From a virus (lineage: Duplodnaviria > Heunggongvirae > Uroviricota > Caudoviricetes): DNA of 64,000 bases. Under the pieces are notes generated by a model. It saw only the letters and a list, made by a program, of their open reading frames with translations, was not told where the DNA came from and did no database searches. A program made the position numbers and the translations under genes. Shown in pieces: positions 55,564 to 64,000 of the stretch (position 1 is the stretch's first letter; the number at the start of each line of letters is the position of its first letter). Where the stretch lies: positions 55,352 through 119,351 of IMG/VR virus record IMGVR_UViG_3300033146_005641; one strand, given 5' to 3'.

Positions 55564-56655
55564 ATGAAAAAGAATCTAAAGGAAAATCTAGTCAAATGGT
55601 TCCTAGAAAATTATTATGATTTATTTTTTAAAATGGAGGAGTGTCAACACGGATATTTAGGTATTAATCCTAATACATATCATCTAGAAGGTAATATCTG
55701 GAAACATACTAAAATGGTATTAGATGAGGTAGATAATTTAGATAATCATTCATCTATAGAACTATACTTAATAGCACTACTTCACGATATAGGTAAACCT
55801 TTTACATATTTTGATAATCACGAATCTAAAAGAAGAAGATTTATTAATCACGAAGCATATAGTACATTTCTTGCTAAGCCAATTTTAGACAGGTTTGAAA
55901 AAAACGTAACTAAAATTGATAAGGAAATGATTCTTAAAACTATTGCTAATCACGGTAGATTTTATAACTATATGGACGATAAAGGTATTACTGAGAAGGG
56001 TCAGAATATTATTTTTGAAATGTATAAAAAAGATTTAAGAGCTTTTGATTATATGAGAAACTTTTTCAAATGTGATCATTTAGGAAGAATTACAGATGAA
56101 CCAAGATCTGATAAAAAGATATTAGATGATTTAAGACCTATTAGATCTAAAATCGAAAATTATTCTTATATTAATACTCAAGAAGTTAAGCCTACTTTAA
56201 GAATCTTAGTAGGTCCTCCTAGAGTAGGAAAGTCTACGTGTACTTCAAAATTAAAAAATGAAAATATCATATCTAGAGACGCACTGGTAGAAAAATACGG
56301 TACTGGGAGTAATTATAATGAAAAATGGAAATCACTAAAAGATGAAGATCATTTTACTATTGATCAGGAACTTCAATCTAATTTTAAAAAATTAGTTAAT
56401 GAAGGAAAAAATATTGTAGTAGATATGACGAATATGTCTTCTAAGTCCAGAAGAAAATGGCTAAAAAGCGTAAAAGGTATTGATAAATATTATAAAATTT
56501 CTAACGTATTTATCGAAGATTTAGAAACTTTAAAATTTAGAAACTCTAGTGAAAAGAATATAGATGAAAATATTATTAAAAATATGATTCTAAGATTTAG
56601 GTGGCCTATGTACGATGAGTTTGATAAAGTCATTTATGAGTGTGATAAAGTATAA
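55564..56655 (+). CDS. HD-domain phosphoesterase / polynucleotide kinase fusion (HD-Pnk-like RNA repair enzyme)
   Basis: H.EG....HT.MV, LLHDIGKP HD domain; VG.P..GKST, S.D, VVD.TN.S...RRKW kinase. Confidence 0.8.
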   Translation: MKKNLKENLVKWFLENYYDLFFKMEECQHGYLGINPNTYHLEGNIWKHTKMVLDEVDNLDNHSSIELYLIALLHDIGKPFTYFDNHESKRRRFINHEAYSTFLAKPILDRFEKNVTKIDKEMILKTIANHGRFYNYMDDKGITEKGQNIIFEMYKKDLRAFDYMRNFFKCDHLGRITDEPRSDKKILDDLRPIRSKIENYSYINTQEVKPTLRILVGPPRVGKSTCTSKLKNENIISRDALVEKYGTGSNYNEKWKSLKDEDHFTIDQELQSNFKKLVNEGKNIVVDMTNMSSKSRRKWLKSVKGIDKYYKISNVFIEDLETLKFRNSSEKNIDENIIKNMILRFRWPMYDEFDKVIYECDKV

Positions 56656-56783
56656 GAATGAATCTATACAATAATAATATTATTTGTTATTGATTTGACG
56701 ATCATACATATTTTATTTATTCTCATCCGTGAGATATATAATATTTATATTATAAATAAGAAAATTTTAAGCTTATATTTATC

Positions 56784-56842
56784 TGATTTTAAGTTTTATT
56801 ACACTATAATATATTATATAAAGAGAAAAGGATAGAAAGATG
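56784..56842 (+). promoter_or_regulatory. Early promoter/leader cassette
   Basis: TGATTTTAAG-N11-TATAATATATTATATAAAGAGAAAAGGATAGAAAGATG. Confidence 0.75.
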
Positions 56843-56994
56843 AAAACGAGATTTAACAATGCTGAATATTATGATTTTATATATGGTGAAGATATTGTTC
56901 ATTAGAAGGATATCCATATTCTGAAGATATTAATTCAGATTTCAACGAGAGCAATTAATATCTTAAATCTAAAATTAATCAATATTTTATTTGA
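56840..56994 (+). pseudogene. Degenerate remnant resembling the LRR-gene termini
   Basis: After a frameshift reads SLEGYPYSEDINSDF...*YLKSKINQYFI*, similar to SLEGIPYYKRIIADF...YMKDRFPYHFI. Confidence 0.4.
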
Positions 56995-57005
56995 TTTATA
57001 GAAAG

Positions 57006-57203
57006 ATGAAGTTCAGAGACACTAAATATGGTGATTTAACAGGACAGACCTATGAAGGTAATATTAATGCAAGTGATTTAGGTCTAACCTCTCTAGAAGG
57101 AATATCTTATTTTAAAAGAATAATATCTGATTTTAGTAAACTAGAAGTTGATGATTATATGAAGGAGGTGTTTTATCTGATTTTAAGTTTTATTACAATA
57201 TAA
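57006..57203 (+). pseudogene. Repeat-collapsed paralog of the LRR gene
   Basis: N- and C-terminal caps of 54583-55146 joined through one LTSLEG; 36-nt identical stretch; tail frameshifted. Confidence 0.75.
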
Positions 57204-57236
57204 TATATTATATAAAGAGAAAAGGATAGAAAGATG
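57178..57236 (+). promoter_or_regulatory. Early promoter/leader cassette
   Basis: TGATTTTAAG-N11-TATAATATATTATATAAAGAGAAAAGGATAGAAAGATG. Confidence 0.75.
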
Positions 57237-57401
57237 GAAGATATTATAATATATTTTTTTGTGATTTTAGGTGTTTTATTATTATGTTGGACATTATTAT
57301 TAATATTTACTTATAATCCGTTAGCGATGTTTATATTGATAATGGTAGGATATGGAGCAATAGAATATAGTTTATATAAAGGAAAAAGAAATGACTTTTA
57401 A
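57234..57401 (+). CDS. 55-aa small membrane protein (not in ORF track)
   Basis: Cassette ATG; two hydrophobic segments; poly-T tract near the 5' end. Confidence 0.55.
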   Translation: MEDIIIYFFVILGVLLLCWTLLLIFTYNPLAMFILIMVGYGAIEYSLYKGKRNDF

Positions 57402-57903
57402 AGAAGCGTTAAAAATTAAAAAATTAAATTTACCTAATTCTACACAAAAAGGAATTCCCTTAGAGTGGAATGATAAGCATAATAATAAACATAATTTTTT
57501 CGATAGAGTAAAAAGAGCAGATCTCAATAGGAATGAAGTCATTCCTAAAATAGTAAAATCTTTAGATGACTTATCTGATAGACTATCTTACGGTGGACCT
57601 TTTATTATTAATTTCACTAAAAGCAGGTTTTATCTATCCGTATTCGTAGAAACTAAAAACAGAATTCCTAATGAAAAAATTAATAAAATCACTATTAAAA
57701 CTATTTTAACTTGGAATATGAAACTTAGAGATAAAGATAAAATATTAGATATTAATGAAGTTGAAGAACTATATGATTTCGATTTAAGTGAATTTTATAA
57801 AAACGGATTTGTTAGTAGTTATTATGGTAACTTATTGATTGAAGAGAGTATAGATAGAAAATCTTTAGAGGTATTCCCTGATATTATAGAGGTAGAATTA
57901 TGA
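57391..57903 (+). CDS. Hypothetical protein
   Basis: ORF track, coupled. Confidence 0.6.
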   Translation: MTFKEALKIKKLNLPNSTQKGIPLEWNDKHNNKHNFFDRVKRADLNRNEVIPKIVKSLDDLSDRLSYGGPFIINFTKSRFYLSVFVETKNRIPNEKINKITIKTILTWNMKLRDKDKILDINEVEELYDFDLSEFYKNGFVSSYYGNLLIEESIDRKSLEVFPDIIEVEL

Positions 57904-57918
57904 TTTTCTCATTTAATG

Positions 57919-57941
57919 GACTGATAACAGGGTTGTTAGTC
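57919..57941 (+). terminator. Hairpin, putative terminator
   Basis: gactgataac-agg-gttgttagtc 10-bp stem with 2 G-U pairs. Confidence 0.4.
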
Positions 57942-58047
57942 TATCTTTAAATCCAGAATCTATAGGTTTATTTCTTTAAGATCTACACCTCTTATATATA
58001 GAAAAGGTTCTATTAAAAACTTCAAAGAATATGTTCCCATCTTTTCA

Positions 58048-58055
58048 TATAAATA
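58048..58055 (+). promoter_or_regulatory. Late promoter TATAAATA (gp14)
   Basis: Exact consensus before ATG 58073. Confidence 0.7.
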
Positions 58056-58072
58056 AAATAAAAAGAGAATAT

Positions 58073-58810
58073 ATGGCTTTTAATCTTAATAGACACAATC
58101 ACCCAGACTATCAATTAAAAAATAATCAAATAAACGAACTCATTTCAATGTATGGAGTGGAGTGTGATTTTCTATATGTTGAGAAGGTTAATAAAGATAG
58201 TGTGTTTAAAGATTTTTCACATCTAAAATTTAAAGAAGGGAATTCTAAAAAAGTTGTTTTACTTCCCGAAAATCCTGATGGATTTGACGGTTCTTATAAC
58301 TGGAATCTTTTTGGACTTCAGAACAACCTAGTGGTTAATTTCTTTATTTCTCATCAATCTGTTTTGGATGTTTTATCTCAAAAAGAAAAAGAAGTAAAAG
58401 AGGTATATTCTTTTTTTACTAATAAGCTTTTGGTTTTACCAAATGGCATAATTTTAGAAATTACGGACGTATCTTCAATTATAGAGGGTGTTAATAATTT
58501 ATTTCTATATAATGATATAAAGTCAGCATATAAATTATCTACTAGAGTTTATTATAATTCTAAGCAAAATGAAATGGAATATGATTCTAATAAAAAAGAT
58601 AATCCTGAAGAACTAAAGCAAAATCAACCTCAAGATGAATCTGAAGCACCGAAAATAAATTATCAAGAAGAATCGCCTACAGATAATTATGAACAAAGCT
58701 TTGAAGATTTAGATGAATATTTTAAAAGTTTAGATGAAGAGAATGAATATATTCAAGAAGAGAATAGAATCTCTTCTGGAATTGATAATGTATTCGGGAA
58801 ATTAGGTTAA
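58073..58810 (+). CDS. gp14: Neck protein
   Basis: I.E.I.MYGVE..FL, F.D, EN.DGF.G...LFG pattern. Confidence 0.8.
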   Translation: MAFNLNRHNHPDYQLKNNQINELISMYGVECDFLYVEKVNKDSVFKDFSHLKFKEGNSKKVVLLPENPDGFDGSYNWNLFGLQNNLVVNFFISHQSVLDVLSQKEKEVKEVYSFFTNKLLVLPNGIILEITDVSSIIEGVNNLFLYNDIKSAYKLSTRVYYNSKQNEMEYDSNKKDNPEELKQNQPQDESEAPKINYQEESPTDNYEQSFEDLDEYFKSLDEENEYIQEENRISSGIDNVFGKLG

Positions 58811-58843
58811 CGTTCTGTTGAAAAACCAAAATAATCAAATCTG

Positions 58844-58978
58844 CTAACCTGATTTATTAGTAAAAGGTATTTTAGTAGTGTTTTCGTAAATAAAAGAAAA
58901 AGGTAATTTTATATTATTATAATTATATTTAAATTCTTTTTTATTCTGAAGTGGTAAAGGGATATTACATTGTCTCAT
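58844..58978 (-). CDS. 44-aa hypothetical protein (not in ORF track)
   Basis: SD aagga, ATG 58978 right after the stop of 58980-59288. Confidence 0.4.
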   Translation of the reverse strand: MRQCNIPLPLQNKKEFKYNYNNIKLPFSFIYENTTKIPFTNKSG

Positions 58979-58979
58979 T

Positions 58980-59288
58980 TTAATCCTTCATTAAATCTTC
59001 TAATAGATTTTTAGATTTATTTTCTTTTTTATCTTGTTTAATTTTAGATATGGTTTCTAGAGAATTGGGAATATTTTTATATAGTTCGTTAAAACTCTTA
59101 ACCCCATCCATAATAAGTTTAGATATTTCTATGTGTTCTTCTAGCCGAGAATAGTCTCCTGTAATTAGTTCTTCTACTAATTCTTTATCTAAAACTCTAT
59201 TGTGATCTATTATTTCTGTAATAGCACCTCTAGTTTTATCAAAGTCTTTTGAAAGACTTTTTAATAGTTCTTCTTTATTCATATACAC
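58980..59288 (-). CDS. Hypothetical protein
   Basis: Coupled downstream of the fibre gene. Confidence 0.6.
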   Translation of the reverse strand: MYMNKEELLKSLSKDFDKTRGAITEIIDHNRVLDKELVEELITGDYSRLEEHIEISKLIMDGVKSFNELYKNIPNSLETISKIKQDKKENKSKNLLEDLMKD

Positions 59289-59290
59289 CC

Positions 59291-61207
59291 CTATCTTCTA
59301 ATAAAACTTGTCATATTTCCGTTTCCGTCGTAATAAATATCTATTGTTAATTTAGTAACACCTTCACCATCTCTATAAACTATAAGTGAAACCCTGTTAT
59401 TAATATACGAGAACGTCGAATTATAGCCTGCAGGAATATCGGCAAAAGCTCCATATACTGCAGTTAAAATATTACCATCAATATCATAAGTAGCTGAAGT
59501 TATATCAGCATTTTCTAAAATTTTATCTAGTGGAGTCTCATCAATTCTTTCGATGTTTAGAGACTTCCATGTTCCATCAGGTAATTTTGTGTATTCTTGA
59601 TAGGGTCTAATAACTATAGATAATTCTGAATGAAAATTAACGGTAGTACCGTTAGATTGAAGATTAGTATATAAAGATTGCGCTGCGCTATTTTGCCATT
59701 CTATTTTATTGCCTAGAACGACCCCTTCAGAAAATAACAAATCAATACCATTAATAGTTATTACACTATTATCGTTTATAGAACTCATATCTTTAGGCCA
59801 TACAGAAGTAGAATACTCACGAACCTCTATTTTAGATATATCTGGAGTTCCTGATAAAACTATACCAGACTCGCCTTCTCCATCGCTTCCATCACTGTAT
59901 GTATATGAGACATCTTCCCCGCCGGTATAATCTGCTATATCTATTATATAATCAACTCCTGTACTTTGATAGGATTCTCTTAAATACTTATCACCCTCTC
60001 TTCCAAGATCAGATATATTATTAGGATTTTCTGTTCCTTTCCATACTATTTGTTGAATTGCTAGAGGAGTCCAAGAACTATTTTTTCTTACATATGATAT
60101 ATTATCTATAGGGGCGTCGTCTACTCCTCCTCCGAAATCCATTTCTACCCAATAGTTATCTCTCGCAGGCGTCTCTAGGCTTCCATCTCTAAGAATCCAT
60201 ATTTTTTCTCCACCACCTGTAGTAGTGTTACCATCATATAGTCCTACACTACCATCAACATTGTTTATATTACCATCAGTAACAAACATAGGTAGATTAT
60301 ATTGAAGATATACATCACCAGGTTCAAAATATCTTCCGGGAATACCGGGAATAGCAAAATCTGTCGGAGGAGGTAGAGTACCTTTATATAAAACTTGAAC
60401 TGCAGCTAGTTCAGCTACTCTAGCCCACCCTTTATTTTTTCTACCATAAACAAATCCATCTACAGGAGCGTCGTCAAAAGCATTATTATATTTATTTTCA
60501 AAATATTCCTTAGTTATTAATACTTTACCTGTTATATCAGCATCAATAACACTTTGTTGAAGATAGGGTGCTTTAATAGAGCCGTATTCCGCTCCACCTC
60601 CATCATAAACCTCAAAAGCATTTCTTCTATCAGAATCAGATGTTCCAATACCTACGGTAAATATTTTATATAATCCTGAATTATCACTACCATCATTAAG
60701 ATTAAATCTTCCGAAAGAAATAGTGTTTGGATTATCTATAACTATACTATCTCCGAAAGCAAATGAATTAGAGCCTGTTTTAAAAGTTCCGGTATTTTCT
60801 ACCCGGGAATTGCTACCACCTACAAATGAAGAAACACCACTAGAAATATTTTGAGTTCCTACTACGAATGAGTCAGGAGCCCCCGCTATATTGCTTTCTC
60901 CTGCTACGAAAGAATAATCACCACTAGAAGTATTTTCACTACCAAAGGCTACTGACGCTATTCCCGACGCCTTAGTATTATTACCACTCGATACTGTATA
61001 GTTTCCTGAGGCTATAGTATTCATACCGAAAGATACTGAATAAGATCCTATAGCCCCTTTAGCTTCTACTGCATCTGAAACATTGCTTGTAGAAAAATCT
61101 ATAGACTTCTGACCTATATCTCCGTATAAAGACGGATCTTTTCCTATTAGTCTCCATCCAAGATTTCCACCTTCAGATATTAATTCTAAACCTGTTGGTT
61201 CTGCCAT
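59291..61207 (-). CDS. Tail fibre / adhesin-like protein
   Basis: YadA/Hia-like head repeats (ASG.YS...G..T.ASG), two DAP.D...Y.RK...W motifs, late promoter at 61255. Confidence 0.7.
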   Translation of the reverse strand: MAEPTGLELISEGGNLGWRLIGKDPSLYGDIGQKSIDFSTSNVSDAVEAKGAIGSYSVSFGMNTIASGNYTVSSGNNTKASGIASVAFGSENTSSGDYSFVAGESNIAGAPDSFVVGTQNISSGVSSFVGGSNSRVENTGTFKTGSNSFAFGDSIVIDNPNTISFGRFNLNDGSDNSGLYKIFTVGIGTSDSDRRNAFEVYDGGGAEYGSIKAPYLQQSVIDADITGKVLITKEYFENKYNNAFDDAPVDGFVYGRKNKGWARVAELAAVQVLYKGTLPPPTDFAIPGIPGRYFEPGDVYLQYNLPMFVTDGNINNVDGSVGLYDGNTTTGGGEKIWILRDGSLETPARDNYWVEMDFGGGVDDAPIDNISYVRKNSSWTPLAIQQIVWKGTENPNNISDLGREGDKYLRESYQSTGVDYIIDIADYTGGEDVSYTYSDGSDGEGESGIVLSGTPDISKIEVREYSTSVWPKDMSSINDNSVITINGIDLLFSEGVVLGNKIEWQNSAAQSLYTNLQSNGTTVNFHSELSIVIRPYQEYTKLPDGTWKSLNIERIDETPLDKILENADITSATYDIDGNILTAVYGAFADIPAGYNSTFSYINNRVSLIVYRDGEGVTKLTIDIYYDGNGNMTSFIRR

Positions 61208-61254
61208 TTTAATTCCTTTAATTCCTTTGATTTTTTAAGGAATAGTTATTAAAG

Positions 61255-61321
61255 TATTTATATTATTTTAAGTCAAATTATACTATAATATACTATATAA
61301 AGAGAAAAGGATAGAAAGATG
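61255..61321. promoter_or_regulatory. Back-to-back late (-) promoter and early (+) cassette
   Basis: TATTTATA-tta-TTTTAAG-N11-TATAATATACTATATAAAGAGAAAAGGATAGAAAGATG. Confidence 0.7.
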
Positions 61322-61609
61322 AAAAATTTAAGACATAATCAGAACGTAATTATAGAAGGAGAGGATTTTACTATAGTCGATCTTTTACAAGAAAAAGGTT
61401 ATGAATTTATTAAGGAGTGGTCGAATGATAGAATTTTTGGTAGAAAAAGAACCTTAATAATTTCTAAAGAGAAAAATCAAGATTTAGATGATTGGAAAGG
61501 TGTAGTTCAATTAGAAAATTTAGAAAAAGTTTTTATTAATGGTAGTAGATATATGGTAGTTGTAAAAGATATAAATGCTTGTGAGGGTGTAGCTTTTATT
61601 AAAATTTAA
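61319..61609 (+). CDS. Hypothetical early protein
   Basis: Cassette ATG. Confidence 0.6.
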   Translation: MKNLRHNQNVIIEGEDFTIVDLLQEKGYEFIKEWSNDRIFGRKRTLIISKEKNQDLDDWKGVVQLENLEKVFINGSRYMVVVKDINACEGVAFIKI

Positions 61610-61653
61610 GAGTTTTATTATATAATATCTTAAAACAACAACTAGGATATTAT

Positions 61654-62484
61654 ATGATAGTAATGCTTTTAGGAAAAGCGGGAGCAGGTAAAACTACTAT
61701 TGCTAAAGAAATGGAGAAATACATTAAAGATTCCTTCGTAATAGACGGGGATGAATTAAGAGCAGAAACTAAAAATATTGATATTTCTCTTCAGGGTAGA
61801 GAGGCAAATATGCATCTAGGTTTAGGTCGAGCCAGAAGATTAGCTGATCTAGGATTTATAGTATTTGTATCTATGCAAGCACCTATTAAGGAAATTCGTG
61901 AACAATATTTAGGCGAAAACGATATTCAAATACTAATAGAAAACTTTGGCGAAAATCCTAAAGATGAGGCGGGATATAATAAAAATTTTTCTCCAGATTA
62001 TTCGGATGTGTATTTAAAGCAATCTCTTCAAGATTTTAATCCTGAAGATTTCTATAATAAAATATTTAAAAAAGTATTAGTACCTGCTAGATTTCAGGGT
62101 TTTCATAAAGGACATAAAGTAGTTTTAGAAGAGGCTAGGAGATTAAGTCCAAATATTACTGTAGCTTTAAGGGTTGATGAGAATGATATTATTGATCTAG
62201 AAAAAAATGTTAAATTATTAGAATCTAGAGGATATAGAGTCGTATTATCTCCTGATATTGATGATGATTGGACAAAATTTGCTAATAATTATGACATCTA
62301 TGTTCAAGGCAATCCTGTAGTTATTGAAAAATTTAAAAATTCGAAATGTAAATTGCATTTTGTACCTAGGTATGGAGATGTATCTGGAACTAATATTAGA
62401 AATAATATAAAATCAGGTAAAATACCTTTACATAATGTAGATGAAGATGTAGCTGAACTTATAAAAGAGGAAATTAATTGTTAA
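61654..62484 (+). CDS. APS-kinase (CysC-like) / HxGH nucleotidyltransferase fusion
   Basis: G.AGAGKTT, IDGDELR, R.AN....AR.L...G..V.V...AP; then ARFQGFHKGH and SGT.IR. Confidence 0.75.
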   Translation: MIVMLLGKAGAGKTTIAKEMEKYIKDSFVIDGDELRAETKNIDISLQGREANMHLGLGRARRLADLGFIVFVSMQAPIKEIREQYLGENDIQILIENFGENPKDEAGYNKNFSPDYSDVYLKQSLQDFNPEDFYNKIFKKVLVPARFQGFHKGHKVVLEEARRLSPNITVALRVDENDIIDLEKNVKLLESRGYRVVLSPDIDDDWTKFANNYDIYVQGNPVVIEKFKNSKCKLHFVPRYGDVSGTNIRNNIKSGKIPLHNVDEDVAELIKEEINC

Positions 62485-62711
62485 TATTAAAATCTATAAT
62501 ATATAGAGTTCTTAGAATACTCTTACTTTTAATAGTTAGTTTTATTATTTTAGGAAATATTAATACGGCTTTAAGCATCTCACTTTTAGATGCTTTAATA
62601 GCTACAATATATTATTATTATTTTGATATAGTTTGGGAGAAGATAACACCCTCAATTAAAGAGTTAGGGATTAGGATAAAATATAGGAAATTTAATGAGC
62701 GAAAATTATGA
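62478..62711 (+). CDS. DUF2061-like small membrane protein
   Basis: KS..YR........I.G.I..AL.I.........YY....W..I pattern. Confidence 0.55.
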   Translation: MLILKSIIYRVLRILLLLIVSFIILGNINTALSISLLDALIATIYYYYFDIVWEKITPSIKELGIRIKYRKFNERKL

Positions 62712-62803
62712 ATAGAAGATGCTTAACACTAGTGAAGAAGTATATTTTTATAAACCTATTTTAATGGATTTTTAAGACGGAATTTTAATATATAAGGATT
62801 TAA

Positions 62804-63490
62804 ATGTATGTTATAAAACATAATGATGAATACAAAACCTTTTTACATATGGTAAAAACTGCAGGAATAAGTGTATCTAATGCTCTATACGATGCAGGAT
62901 ATCAGAAGTATGTAAATTTGAGACACATAGACATAAAATACCTACCAGATGAGTTTAAAAATTCTAAAAAATATATTATATTAAGAGAGCCACATGATTG
63001 GTATAAGAGTTTCTATAATTTTTTTATTAATGTAGAAGGATATTTATCTTTTATGTTAAATGATCCTAAAGATGATGGTTATATTTATCCTATCGGTTTA
63101 AATGAATTTATAAGAAGAAGTATTAATTTTAAAGATACTTTAGAAAAATTTCCTAATAAGGCTAGAGTATTTAATAATATATTACAAACTCAAGGTAATA
63201 TTCATTTTATTACCACATATTTCGATGAGCCTGTAAATTATAAAGATCCTAAAACTTTAGAACAATTTGATATGAGTCTTTTTGAGTGGTTTTGGAAACA
63301 CACAGGAGGTGATGAGGCTGATACTATTATACCTATGAATAAATTATATAAATTAGAGGATGAATTAGGTATTAAAATGCCACATCGTAATAAAACAAAA
63401 AATAAAACTGAAGAAGAAATCGATCCAGACGTTTTAAAACTAATTAAGAAAACACATAATAGATTTTATGATCTCTATGAAGAGAATTAA
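62804..63490 (+). CDS. Sulfotransferase-like protein
   Basis: 5'-phosphosulfate loop FLHM.KTAG.S and 3'-phosphate motif LREP..W..S.Y.F. Confidence 0.7.
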   Translation: MYVIKHNDEYKTFLHMVKTAGISVSNALYDAGYQKYVNLRHIDIKYLPDEFKNSKKYIILREPHDWYKSFYNFFINVEGYLSFMLNDPKDDGYIYPIGLNEFIRRSINFKDTLEKFPNKARVFNNILQTQGNIHFITTYFDEPVNYKDPKTLEQFDMSLFEWFWKHTGGDEADTIIPMNKLYKLEDELGIKMPHRNKTKNKTEEEIDPDVLKLIKKTHNRFYDLYEEN

Positions 63491-63712
63491 TTATTTTAGA
63501 AAAATTTTTTTGTTGTTTCTCTTCTTTTTCGACTGAAATCATCGTATTTTAAGTAAAAACCATTTCTATCTTTTTTCAAAACTTTTATGGTTGTAAAAAG
63601 ATAGAATGGACTCTTCTCGATAAATCTTTCCTCTATCATCAACTCTATAGGTATTATATATTTATTTTTAACACTTGACATACCAGAGTTGATGAATAGT
63701 TTTAATCATCTA

Positions 63713-64000
63713 TTATACTGTAGTTCCTGTAGCATCTACCCACTGTGATCCATCCCACCAGATAGGTTTAGTTAAGTCTGTATCAAAATAGCTTTGACCT
63801 ACTATAGTTGTAGATGGTCTACTAGCTGTATCTCCTGAATTATTTACAGTAGATACTGTAGCTTCATCAGCAATAGGATAGCTTCTATTTTCTGTCCAAG
63901 CACTCCACGAAGAATCATATATCCTCATAAAAATAGAACCATCATTAAAAGTAGCAACCTGCATTACTCTCGAACCATCATTAAATACTTCTAAATAGAA
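63713..64000 (-). CDS. 3' end of a tail-fibre-like protein (partial, frame open to the window edge)
   Basis: G.T..RP....G..YFDT.L.KPIWW.G..W.DA.G..V terminal module. Confidence 0.7.
   Translation of the reverse strand, partial: FYLEVFNDGSRVMQVATFNDGSIFMRIYDSSWSAWTENRSYPIADEATVSTVNNSGDTASRPSTTIVGQSYFDTDLTKPIWWDGSQWVDATGTTV

Noticed and set aside
56658-56786. Hydrophobic reading frame after HD-Pnk
   Set aside because: The ATG frame stops after 11 codons and the hydrophobic frame has no start; cannot be told apart from AT-rich noise
54531-57236. Recurrent ~55-nt repeats or the 63-bp LRR array as a CRISPR array
   Set aside because: The spacers are whole genes or in-frame codons, spacing is irregular, and no cas genes are present
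4546-59930. Many ORF-track entries antisense to or nested in real genes (e.g. 4546, 5166, 9212, 10087, 16637, 21782, 29358, 32149, 36140, 37614, 41725, 44098, 47007, 48389, 50087, 59709)
   Set aside because: They lie opposite well-supported genes, lack SD sequences and have shadow-frame (Ser/Phe/Ile-rich) composition
63496-63681. 61-aa minus-strand ORF
   Set aside because: No clear SD and no recognisable motif; left uncalled
1-64000. tRNA or rRNA genes
   Set aside because: No cloverleaf with T-loop GTTCRA and matching arms seen by eye; tRNAscan-SE would be decisive

Overview
A 64-kb, strongly AT-rich segment of a large T4-like myovirus genome. Gene content resembles the Campylobacter-type Eucampyvirinae, so a Campylobacterota host is inferred but not proven. 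It holds the tail sheath, four tail-tube-fold genes, a baseplate operon (gp26/51, gp29-like with an M23 peptidase, gp48, gp53, gp27, gp5, gp25, gp6, gp7), gp3, the late transcription genes gp55 and gp33, clamp loader, primase, DsbA, head genes (gp2, gp4, gp23, gp22, gp21, gp67, gp20, gp13, gp14), a lysis cassette, tail-fibre genes and many early accessory genes. Two promoter classes can be read directly: T4-type late TATAAATA boxes before virion genes, and an early TTT(T)AAG-N10/11-TATAAT element, often inside a near-identical ~55-nt cassette that runs to the start codon. Most interesting observations: (1) one structured RNA motif occurs twice, flanking the scaffold gene, with fully different but perfectly paired stems around a conserved AGA..UGAAA.AGAG.UGAAA bulge; (2) a ParM-like actin plus an RHH partner inside the replication region; (3) six unrelated proteins share a C-terminal K..P-x-x-F-I tail; (4) a putative sulfation cassette (APS-kinase/nucleotidyltransferase fusion, DUF2061-like protein, sulfotransferase); (5) an LRR gene with a repeat-collapsed paralog; (6) folE/queD close to a phosphoribosyltransferase; (7) a 50-aa stand-alone NrdD glycyl-radical domain missed by the ORF track. 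All family assignments are by-eye motif recognition; no database searches were run.
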